Origin: Nitrosopumilus sp.
GTDB taxonomy: Archaea > Thermoproteota > Nitrososphaeria > Nitrososphaerales > Nitrosopumilaceae
Assembly (NCBI RefSeq): GCF_025699125.1
Contig: NZ_JAILWC010000001.1
Location: 134,884 to 166,883, forward strand
Reading direction: 5' to 3'
Length of the DNA stretch: 32,000 nucleotides
Shown here: positions 1-8,252 of the stretch, in pieces
How positions within the stretch are numbered: the first letter of the stretch is position 1
Layout: each line of letters starts with the position of its first letter
Made by a program: the position numbers and the translations under genes
Notes under the pieces: generated by a model
Database searches by the model: none
What the model was told of the DNA's origin: nothing
The model's input: the letters and a program-made list of their open reading frames with translations, nothing else

Positions 1-1
1 T

Positions 2-3000
2 CAGGATGCACTCACAGGGTCTGAAAGAATATCGGATCCTATTTTATTAAAAAAATTAGATGATGGAATTTTTTGGGGAAATCAAAGATTCTCTATTGGT
101 CTGTGGATAGGAAATAAAATCACGCCAAAAACATTTTCATGTGGATACAAACGATCTACAAACAAGGTTCTGCTTAATTGTGAGGGTGCACTATTGCCAC
201 AATGGCATGAAAAACGTAAAAGATCTGAATCTGCAGGAGATCCTGATCAAGTACAGAATTGTCCTGTATGTAAAAATATTTTATGTGTCCCAAAAGACCA
301 AAAAATCAATCAAAAGTTTACAAAAATTACTTGGATAGTTCGATTATCAAAAACTAAAGACATTCTAGAAAAATTGCCTCAAGAATTATTTGAAGATAAT
401 TCAATTATTCTTGATACGAAACCACTCTTTGAAATTGTTTCACATCCATCTGACAATGAATACTATTACAGATTAACTATGGATATTAAACCTAAAAAAA
501 ACACTCAATCACTTGATAGGAGTTTAATTGATAGATGGTGGATAGGTTGTGTAAAAAACCAATTAGTTACAGCTGATGAGGATGACCCACTTCAATCTAC
601 TGCTCCATCCATGCCTGGTTACTTTTTTCTTAAGTATGGTGAAAAACGATATGATTTTGCAATGTTTTGTACAAATAAAGATTGTGAACTAAATCAAGTT
701 GAATGGTTTGAAAAACTTGAAAATAAATTCAATGCGTCAATACCTCCAGCTTTTCAAATTAAAAATTCTAGATATCTCTCAACATCCGTGCCAATTTCTG
801 CTTTTTTGTATGATGATATAGTTTACTCCAAATGTCCTAGCTTTTTAATTACAACAGTTGATAAATTTGCAAACCTCCCTTTTGAACCTAAATGCTCATC
901 CATTTTTGGAAATGTGAATGTTGTCCATCCTGTTTTTGGATACGGGCGAAGAAGCACCATTGAATCCCCCCTTTTGAAAAATGGCGTTAGATCTCAAATC
1001 CCTCCACAAGAACTTCAAGATGTTCCTGGATTTAATCCACCTTCGTTGATTTTACAAGATGAATTGCATCTTATCGAAGGCCCGTTGGGAAGTATGATGG
1101 GAATTTATGAAATGGCAGTAGATGTACTTTCTAACAATGGATTAAAACCAAAATATATTGCATCTAGTGCGACTATCAAAGAAGCTGAAAGTCAGGTTGG
1201 AACCATCTTTAGAAAAAAGGTTTCAATTTTTCCCAGTCCTGGAATTGATTCTTTTGATAACTATTTCTCTAAAATTGAAGAAGACCCATCATGTATTGAT
1301 GAAAAACCTGGAAGACTTTATCTTGGTATGCTAAGTGGAAAAACTGCCGTATATCTTCCAATTCAATCACAGTCAATTATAATGGCTGAAATTTTTAAGA
1401 TGAGAAAACATCCTGAATTCTATGATTTAACTGCTAAAGAAAGGGCAGATATAATTAAAGAAACAGATCCCTATTGGACTTTTGTTTCTTATTTTACTGA
1501 TTTGTCATTACTGTCAAAATTTACAAATTATTATTCAGAAAATATTGTGCCAAATGTCAAAAAATTCAGTTCTATTAAAATTCTGAACTCTTTAACACGA
1601 GTGAATAATCAATCTTTTCCTGAAGGATTAAGGCTTTTCCCTGTTGTTTCAGATAAAGAAATGTCTGTTGAAACTGTGAGTGTTTTTTGTACAAATTCTC
1701 CTGGCAGAATTAGAATTGCTCTTTATGAAGACGGATCTCCAATTGGTAAACCCATAGTTACATCTGACTACAAAGAATGTATTGTTGGTGAAAATAATTT
1801 CAATTTTGACAACAAGCTAAACTATGAAATAAAAAATAATCAAAAGATATGGATCTCAGTTATTAATGATAATTCGTCCACCGAATTTGAATCTGTAAAT
1901 TCACAATTAGATTCATTTGAAATAACTCCTTTACATATTCCTGACGAGTTTCCAGATTCTTTTCAAAATCTTTCTAAACTGCAAAAAAATTCTATTAAAA
2001 TCAGTCTCAATTCAACATCACGCTTTCTAAGTTATGAAAAAAATATTCAATTGTCTAGTGAAACTGATGCGCAAGACCTTGTAAAACATTTAGGTGAATT
2101 ACAAGAATCTTCCAACATTGATTCACTTCAAACTTCTCCTGTATTTGGAACTGGTATTGATGTAACTAGACTTGGTATAATACAAATCATGAATCAGCCA
2201 AAAACAAATTCAGGATATATTCAATCTTCGGGACGTGTAGGCAGGACTAATTTTGGTCTTGTATTAACCTGGTTACGCGCAGGTCGTGCAAGAGATCTTA
2301 ATCATTATGAAAACTTTATTGGATATCATAGAATGATACATAAATTTGTAGAACCCATCACCGCATCTCCATTTTCAGATGAAGCTATGGAGTTATGTCT
2401 TGGCCCGATAATTGTTGCAATTTTAAGAAATGCGCGTAATGTGAATGGAATTCCTGTTAGTAGCAAGTGGGTAACATCAGATGGGCCAGATCGTATGAGA
2501 GATCATAATAATGATGATGATGTCAAGGAAATTCGTAAAACACTAATCAAAATTTCACAATCTGATGAAATTGCGCCTTTTAGGAAAATGTATGAGGAAC
2601 AATTTGCAACTCATTTTGATGAATCTAAAGCACGTTGGCATAGATTAGCAACAGAATTACACAATGAAGGAAAAGAATTTGTTTATCAGGAAAGAATCCC
2701 AAACTCTATTCCTGAAAAATGCGTAGTTCTCGGAACTCCTGGTCATAAAGTTATTGATCTGCCTCATGCCTTTGAAAATGCTTCCAATTCACTTAGGCAA
2801 ACAGAGCCTGCTGCAACCTTTTTTGGTGGGCTAGATATAACTACCGAGATCCGTCCTTCACAATTCATTACACGTTATGGACCTGGCACTTTACTGTCTG
2901 GAAAATATCATACTTTTGTAGTCCCTTCTATTCAAAGCCTGGTTGGAAATTTGAATGGCAAAGGTAATTTTGCTGATGATAATTTACAAGGTATTTCAGG

Positions 3001-4918
3001 ATTGTACAAGTATGAAGTCAATGATTCTAGGATGAGACGAATGTTACTTAGGACTAACACGGATATTAATTGGCGAAAATTGAAACTTTTTTCTTTACCT
3101 ACAAACACCTCCCTGATAATTCCAGCAACGGAAAAAGTTTATCGCTGTGATGCTTTTCCAAAGTGGGTGTATTGCACAAATAAGATTCATGACAATGTAA
3201 AGATTCTGGCTGAGCTTAACTTTGATGATGGGACATATGTAAAATGTCCTGAGTGTCAAAGATTATCAGTTGATAATAATGAAAAAAGTAAAAATTATGC
3301 TGCATCAACACTTGTAATTGCTTGTTCTGAAGGCCATCTGGATGACGTAAATTGGCCTTTTGAGGTTCATCGTGAGAATGGAACTCAATGTAATGGAAAA
3401 GTATTTTCAGTTATCTCTTCTGGTGATAATGACAATGCCGTAATTCGATGCATGGGTTATTGGAATGGTGGCACATTTGTTCAGAGTACTTGTAATTCAT
3501 CTGTGGACAATTTAGCACTTAAGGGAAGATCTGGTACCGGGCAAATCGCTTGTACTGCAAAAATTGCAGAAACCAATCGTGAAGATCGACACGGTTGTAC
3601 AAGGAATGGAAACATGTCTAAAGCAAAATTGACCAACAAAACACAGATGAGTATTAGAATGCCTCTTGTTGCAACCTCGATGGAAATTAAGCCACAAAAA
3701 TCACAATTGTTCAACACTTTACAACCGCTTGCAGGAGCAATCACCCAATTTGTAAAAACCTATCTGAAATACGAACATCCGGAAAAACAAACTGTTACTC
3801 AAGAAGATTTTGTGAGAATTTTGCGAGATGAACAAAAGGATCATAAAGAAATTACTTCAGAATTGATTCGAAAAACAGAAAATGTGCGAGAAGATGTATT
3901 TACAGATGTTGTCCATCAAATCATACAGTTTAGCGCAAAACCAGAAACCCCTCTTGAATTATTATCCGAAAAAAAATCTTTTGAAGAGGAATTAAGCAGT
4001 TTAGAAACTCTAACACGTGAAAATGGGCCTAATGTATCGATCACTCCGGGAACCATTTCTACTAGAAAACGATTTCCAATCAAATTCACCACTACTTGGA
4101 ATCTGTCCTTCGAATCTATGCCCTTTGAAGGTGTGAACGTAACTCAAGTACAAACAGGATACAGTAGGGAAATATCTCCTCCTAGACCTCCTGGAATTAA
4201 TGACGATAGAAATTCCGACATAAGAATTGGGAAAATAATTTCAGATACTGAAATTTACAAGGATGAAAATGATTCACGATGGTATCTTGCAAATCAATTA
4301 CGTGGAGAAGGAATTTTCATACATTTGAATCCGCAAGTGCACAAGGACGCGATGGATATTTTTGAAAAATCAAACGATGATTATGCTGTATGGAAAAAAA
4401 TTCATCAAGAAACATTAGAAAAAAATAATATTGAAATTAAACGATTAAAAAATGAAGAACATAAAGAGCAAGACATAGATGCGCTAGAACGTCAGAATCT
4501 GCAAACAAATCCTCTTTTTGTTTGGTGGCATTCATTTGCACATGAATTTATTAATCAGCTTTCAATTGATTCTGGATTTTCAGGAGTTTCTCTAGGAGAG
4601 CGTATTTACTGTGTAAAAAAGCCTGATGACACATTTACTGCGGGAATATTCATTTATGCTTCAAGTCCTGGTACTGATGGGACTCTTGGGGGTCTAACAA
4701 GTTTAGTTGATGAGAGAATTCTTCCAGTTATTGTAAACAAAACCCTACGTAAAATAACCTCATGTTCAAATGATCCGATATGCTCTGCATCAAAAATTAA
4801 CAATCACAAAAGAACCGGTGCAGCATGTCATATCTGCTTGATGAATTCCGAAACTTCTTGTGCCTATCTTAACAAATTTCTCGATCGAAATTTAGTTCGA
4901 GGCACTTTAAATGGATAA
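2..4918 (+). CDS. 5'-partial giant SF2 DExH helicase fused to a Cys-rich DUF1998 module (DISARM DrmA-DrmB-like fusion)
   Basis: Frame 2 is open from nt 2 with no stop before the first ATG at 194, so the gene is cut by the window edge and helicase motif I lies upstream. Motif II is DELH (1058-1069), in the context 'PPSLILQDELHLIEGPLGS'. Motif III is SAT (1166-1174). Motifs V/VI are 'TSPVFGTGIDVTRLG...QPKTNSGYIQSSGRVGR' (motif VI at 2222-2245). From about 2845 ('IRPSQFITRYGPGT') there is a Cys/His-rich region ('KCPECQ', 'ACSEGHLDDVNWPFEVH'). It ends in a DUF1998/MrfA-type signature, 'WWHSFAHEFINQ...SPGTDGTLGGL...SCSNDPIC...GAACHICL...SC' (4523-4865). Confidence 0.7.
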   Translation, partial: QDALTGSERISDPILLKKLDDGIFWGNQRFSIGLWIGNKITPKTFSCGYKRSTNKVLLNCEGALLPQWHEKRKRSESAGDPDQVQNCPVCKNILCVPKDQKINQKFTKITWIVRLSKTKDILEKLPQELFEDNSIILDTKPLFEIVSHPSDNEYYYRLTMDIKPKKNTQSLDRSLIDRWWIGCVKNQLVTADEDDPLQSTAPSMPGYFFLKYGEKRYDFAMFCTNKDCELNQVEWFEKLENKFNASIPPAFQIKNSRYLSTSVPISAFLYDDIVYSKCPSFLITTVDKFANLPFEPKCSSIFGNVNVVHPVFGYGRRSTIESPLLKNGVRSQIPPQELQDVPGFNPPSLILQDELHLIEGPLGSMMGIYEMAVDVLSNNGLKPKYIASSATIKEAESQVGTIFRKKVSIFPSPGIDSFDNYFSKIEEDPSCIDEKPGRLYLGMLSGKTAVYLPIQSQSIIMAEIFKMRKHPEFYDLTAKERADIIKETDPYWTFVSYFTDLSLLSKFTNYYSENIVPNVKKFSSIKILNSLTRVNNQSFPEGLRLFPVVSDKEMSVETVSVFCTNSPGRIRIALYEDGSPIGKPIVTSDYKECIVGENNFNFDNKLNYEIKNNQKIWISVINDNSSTEFESVNSQLDSFEITPLHIPDEFPDSFQNLSKLQKNSIKISLNSTSRFLSYEKNIQLSSETDAQDLVKHLGELQESSNIDSLQTSPVFGTGIDVTRLGIIQIMNQPKTNSGYIQSSGRVGRTNFGLVLTWLRAGRARDLNHYENFIGYHRMIHKFVEPITASPFSDEAMELCLGPIIVAILRNARNVNGIPVSSKWVTSDGPDRMRDHNNDDDVKEIRKTLIKISQSDEIAPFRKMYEEQFATHFDESKARWHRLATELHNEGKEFVYQERIPNSIPEKCVVLGTPGHKVIDLPHAFENASNSLRQTEPAATFFGGLDITTEIRPSQFITRYGPGTLLSGKYHTFVVPSIQSLVGNLNGKGNFADDNLQGISGLYKYEVNDSRMRRMLLRTNTDINWRKLKLFSLPTNTSLIIPATEKVYRCDAFPKWVYCTNKIHDNVKILAELNFDDGTYVKCPECQRLSVDNNEKSKNYAASTLVIACSEGHLDDVNWPFEVHRENGTQCNGKVFSVISSGDNDNAVIRCMGYWNGGTFVQSTCNSSVDNLALKGRSGTGQIACTAKIAETNREDRHGCTRNGNMSKAKLTNKTQMSIRMPLVATSMEIKPQKSQLFNTLQPLAGAITQFVKTYLKYEHPEKQTVTQEDFVRILRDEQKDHKEITSELIRKTENVREDVFTDVVHQIIQFSAKPETPLELLSEKKSFEEELSSLETLTRENGPNVSITPGTISTRKRFPIKFTTTWNLSFESMPFEGVNVTQVQTGYSREISPPRPPGINDDRNSDIRIGKIISDTEIYKDENDSRWYLANQLRGEGIFIHLNPQVHKDAMDIFEKSNDDYAVWKKIHQETLEKNNIEIKRLKNEEHKEQDIDALERQNLQTNPLFVWWHSFAHEFINQLSIDSGFSGVSLGERIYCVKKPDDTFTAGIFIYASSPGTDGTLGGLTSLVDERILPVIVNKTLRKITSCSNDPICSASKINNHKRTGAACHICLMNSETSCAYLNKFLDRNLVRGTLNG

Positions 4919-5456
4919 TTACTCTATTGGAGATGTCCAAGCCATTGGCGCATCAGGTAAAGTATGGATGGGATTCCATGCTGTAGATATTGCTGATCTC
5001 CTGTTTGGCGAATTAGAAAAAGCTGATTCTTCCATACAAATTTCATCCTTTTCTACAGGACATGACAGTAGTGAGATGCGTCATTTTTTTAATTTACTTG
5101 AAAAAAAACTTGGTGACCCTACCATGAAAATTAATATGATTATTAATGATGATGGAAAAAACAATACTGTTACTTCATTTGCTAGAAAAAAAATTCAAGA
5201 ATTGGAATGTGATAAACCAGAACAGTTTTTTCCACAATTTTTTAAGCAGACAAAAATTAATAATCTAAATAAAATTTTGCATGCAAAACTCATTGTAATT
5301 GATGGAACAACTGCATTAATTGGGTCTGCAAATATTTCAAAGGGTGCATTGGAGTCAAATTATGAAATAATGCTAAAAATAAAAGGAAATGTTGCTGTTG
5401 ATCTTTCACGAATGCTTTCAAAACTATCTGAGGAAATTAGGAAAGAAAATGCATGA
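4911..5456 (+). CDS. Single-HKD phospholipase D-family nuclease (Nuc/DrmC-like)
   Basis: The canonical HxK(x)4D(x)6GSxN motif 'LHAKLIVIDGTTALIGSANIS' lies at 5280-5333. The 181-aa size fits Nuc-like enzymes that dimerise. The start overlaps the upstream stop by 8 nt (ATGGATAA). Confidence 0.75.
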   Translation: MDNYSIGDVQAIGASGKVWMGFHAVDIADLLFGELEKADSSIQISSFSTGHDSSEMRHFFNLLEKKLGDPTMKINMIINDDGKNNTVTSFARKKIQELECDKPEQFFPQFFKQTKINNLNKILHAKLIVIDGTTALIGSANISKGALESNYEIMLKIKGNVAVDLSRMLSKLSEEIRKENA

Positions 5457-6943
5457 GTGAGAGAAAATACAATCCTGAAAATGCCGAATTTAACCAGAAA
5501 CAAGACTTTGATTTTACTTTATTTGATAAATTACTCCCAAACTTTGATTTTCGTTACAAAAAAAATCTAATGACACGTATGATTGAAGATTGTACATCGA
5601 TTCAAGCAAGAATTGAAAGATTATCGTTTAAGATATCTTCTAAAAATAGAGATGATTCAAACCTCCTGAGATTTTTTACGATAAGAAATGTACAAGGGGA
5701 TGCAAGTTATTTTAAAATAAAATTTCCAATGCCAATCATTCATCACATCCATCCGGCATTCAAACATCTTCATAAAAAAATTGGCAATGCATACTATCCA
5801 GGAGTTGAAGAATTCATGCCGTGTTATTTATTAAATTTTAACCACGTATCTCTTTCCAAGATAGGGCTAAATTCTATTAATGACTCAACCATTGATTCCA
5901 TTGGAAATGGTATCTATACTAAATTCAGTCATGAAAATAGTGGAAAATATGCCCAATTTTCATCCACAAATATTTTACGACTAGGTGGCAGTCACGAAAA
6001 TATTCTTGAAGGAAAAGAAATCATCGATTGTTGCTTTGAATATGCTTATTGGAATTTACCTGCCCCACATAACACGACGTCACCCACAATTAATAATTTA
6101 ATTTATCACTCAAGTAGTAAAATTTATGAAAATAATGTTTTGGAATTGAATAAAACTTTAATTAAAATTATAAAAATTAGAAGAAAATCTGAATCATTAA
6201 CAATTTTGAAAACACAGAATATTAAATGCATGTATGCAGATGTTGTAATACTTGTAGATGACGGAAATAATATTTCTTCAGAAAAACGCACAGTACTCCT
6301 AATTGAGAGTCTTGCAAATTTATTTAAAGATGGTGAAATGTTCACTGGATTACTTTTAAGACAAAGTTTTTCTCAGCCATACTATTCAATAATTATTGGA
6401 AGCGTTGGTAAAAAAATAGAGTCAAATGACTTAACATATTTAATTAGTATTGTAATGCAAAAAAGACTTCAATTCTTGGAAGAGAATTCCAGTATCACAT
6501 ATGTGGATAAAATAAGTAGACTTTCTGTTGATGTTTCGGAAATTATTAAAAATAATTCTTCTGAAGATGGTATTTTCAATTCTTCCTTTAAATCAATTAG
6601 TGATTTTGAAAACAATATGGAAAAATCAATTGAAAAATTATTTCCAATATACATAAATTATGATGGGGCAATTCATCAATTATCCTCAACAATTATTTCT
6701 TTTCTTTTAATTTATGATCCAGAAATTTTACAAAATAAAAATGCACTAATTACAATTATAAAAATCCTTGATTTGATAAGTGTTAATTCAAAAGAATGGG
6801 GCGAATCTGCACAATCACAATTAAAAATATCAAATAATGCATCTGATCATCTTACTTCAACTACGATGAATCTTCTTATTGAAAATTTACCAATTTTAGT
6901 CAATATGATGATGTATTCAAGAATTTTTTCACAGAATTATTGA
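5453..6943 (+). CDS. Hypothetical protein, 496 aa, no recognisable domain
   Basis: A 496-codon open frame in very AT-rich DNA, where stop codons should be frequent. It shares a 4-nt ATGA overlap with the PLD gene stop. It has a His-rich patch 'HHIHPAFKHLHKK'. I recognise no Walker, nuclease or methyltransferase motif. Confidence 0.65.
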   Translation: MSERKYNPENAEFNQKQDFDFTLFDKLLPNFDFRYKKNLMTRMIEDCTSIQARIERLSFKISSKNRDDSNLLRFFTIRNVQGDASYFKIKFPMPIIHHIHPAFKHLHKKIGNAYYPGVEEFMPCYLLNFNHVSLSKIGLNSINDSTIDSIGNGIYTKFSHENSGKYAQFSSTNILRLGGSHENILEGKEIIDCCFEYAYWNLPAPHNTTSPTINNLIYHSSSKIYENNVLELNKTLIKIIKIRRKSESLTILKTQNIKCMYADVVILVDDGNNISSEKRTVLLIESLANLFKDGEMFTGLLLRQSFSQPYYSIIIGSVGKKIESNDLTYLISIVMQKRLQFLEENSSITYVDKISRLSVDVSEIIKNNSSEDGIFNSSFKSISDFENNMEKSIEKLFPIYINYDGAIHQLSSTIISFLLIYDPEILQNKNALITIIKILDLISVNSKEWGESAQSQLKISNNASDHLTSTTMNLLIENLPILVNMMMYSRIFSQNY

Positions 6944-6952
6944 GATTTGAGC

Positions 6953-6960
6953 GGGGTGAT
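6953..6960 (+). promoter_or_regulatory. Shine-Dalgarno-like GGGGTGAT, 5 nt upstream of the TTG start of the Cas4-like gene
   Basis: It matches GAGGTGAT, the complement of the archaeal 16S 3' end, at 7 of 8 positions. It sits in the 22-nt gap between operon genes 3 and 4. Confidence 0.4.
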
Positions 6961-6965
6961 ATTTT

Positions 6966-7703
6966 TTGATTAAAGTCAACAAAGAAAACGACATTGCTTT
7001 CTTGACTGCATCGGTTACTGATTTTGCAGATTCGTTAGGATACTGTAACTACAAAATACCACTATACATTCAAGGAGTCAAGCCAAAACCTTCGGCATCC
7101 CTAATTCTAGGCACGAAAGCCCACCATGAAGAGGAAAAATATGAACAAGAACTTGCAGAGTTAGAGCCAGTATCATTTGAGCAAATCGAAGACAAGCAAA
7201 AAAACATCGAGTTTGCAAGAGAGAACATCTATTCTTCGCTGAGTATCCCATTTGAATTTCCTTCCGAGAATGTTTTGGTTTCACTATCTGGTAGAATTGA
7301 CAAAATTCTGCGAATTGACGAAACACTGGTTATTCAAGATGACAAGTTTACAGGACGGCCCCAAACATACGATGCTAAAACGCAACCATACCCAAGTCAA
7401 TTATTGCAAGTTTTAGCATATCTAAATTCCAATTACTCTGCAAAGAGAACCAGGAATCCTGAAGATTTTTTTGAAATGCCTCACACCCAAAAGAAATGGC
7501 AGATTAGAATCTGTGACAGCAAGACCAGAAAGCCATACAAAGTGTTCTCTGATTTTCAAGACTCTTTTTCTTTGCATTACTTGCATTCCTCATTGGAAAA
7601 ATTTGCAGCGATATCTCTTGGAATTGCACCTCCGGAACACCACAACAACGTAAACAAGTGTAATGCGTGTAATTTAAAATCATTCTGCTCTTACAAGATT
7701 TAA
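6966..7703 (+). CDS. Cas4-like / RecB-family PD-(D/E)xK exonuclease with a 4-Cys Fe-S cluster signature (DUF83-like)
   Basis: An N-terminal Cys sits in 'LTASVTDFADSLGYCNYKIPLY'. Other matches are 'GTKAHH', the 'GRIDKI' motif (7290-) followed by 'VIQDDKFTG' (7335-7346), and the QxxxY motif 'QLLQVLAY'. The C-terminal CxxCxxxxxC 'CNACNLKSFC' lies at 7659-7688. The start is TTG and is preceded by an SD-like element. Confidence 0.65.
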   Translation: MIKVNKENDIAFLTASVTDFADSLGYCNYKIPLYIQGVKPKPSASLILGTKAHHEEEKYEQELAELEPVSFEQIEDKQKNIEFARENIYSSLSIPFEFPSENVLVSLSGRIDKILRIDETLVIQDDKFTGRPQTYDAKTQPYPSQLLQVLAYLNSNYSAKRTRNPEDFFEMPHTQKKWQIRICDSKTRKPYKVFSDFQDSFSLHYLHSSLEKFAAISLGIAPPEHHNNVNKCNACNLKSFCSYKI

Positions 7704-7720
7704 TTTGTCTTTGATTTGTT

Positions 7721-8143
7721 TCATTTTGTTATTACTATGTCTATTCCTTCTTCATCTTTATCATAAACGATCTTTTTTATAGATTTTATCTCATATACTA
7801 AATGATCATAATCTCTTTTGATCAATCCCAAGCCGTCATTTTCTCCCTCGGAGTCCATCTTTTCAGGAAGAACATCCAGAACTATCTTCAATAAATTATC
7901 AAGATCTTTTTTTATTCTGCCTTCTGGTTGTGGGTTTTGATCCTTACTTCCGTCGTATAGGAAAAACCGTACGTCTATAGATAACTCTTCATCATGACAA
8001 AATTTTCTGATTTCATCTAAATTTTTTGTTTGTTTTTTGATTTCTTCTCTGAGTTTTGTTTTTCTCTCAACTGCAAAACTTGATGCTGTAAGTGGCTCAA
8101 AATTTCGGATTCTGATGGTGTGGGATTTTTTCCTAAAAAACAT
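7721..8143 (-). CDS. RusA-family Holliday-junction resolvase-like endonuclease
   Basis: 'KKDLDNLLKIVLDVL' matches the RusA core (E. coli 'RRDLDNLQKAAFDAL'), which carries the DxD catalytic pair. A third acidic position lies in 'RDYDHLV'. The size (140 aa) and the C-terminal 'EGIDIVITK' strand fit the family. Confidence 0.5.
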   Translation of the reverse strand: MFFRKKSHTIRIRNFEPLTASSFAVERKTKLREEIKKQTKNLDEIRKFCHDEELSIDVRFFLYDGSKDQNPQPEGRIKKDLDNLLKIVLDVLPEKMDSEGENDGLGLIKRDYDHLVYEIKSIKKIVYDKDEEGIDIVITK

Positions 8144-8175
8144 AATTTAGTTTCAACTTTTTACTTGAAATCTAC

Positions 8176-8183
8176 ATATATAA
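8176..8183 (-). promoter_or_regulatory. TATA-like box (TTATATAT on the minus strand) about 36 nt upstream of the RusA-like ATG
   Basis: An A/T box lies in the 109-bp divergent intergenic region shared with the RNase J-like gene. Confidence 0.3.
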
Positions 8184-8252
8184 CAAAATCTCTATTTTTA
8201 GGCATGAAAACAAATCACTACTCTTTAACATATGAAAATATGATTATTTATC

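Noticed and set aside
141-338. A 65-aa plus-strand ORF at the window start
   Set aside because: It overlaps, out of frame, the helicase reading frame that is open from nt 2. It has no recognisable motif and is most likely an artefact.
3481-3744. Antisense ORFs inside long genes, including 3481-3744, 6124-6345, 7078-7326, 10424-10696, 12388-13117, 13890-14141, 14464-15234, 23637-24068, 26131-26611 and 29870-30172
   Set aside because: They lie opposite well-supported genes and have low-complexity Ser/Phe/Leu-rich translations typical of the reverse complement of Lys/Glu-rich coding sequence. None has motifs or plausible promoters.
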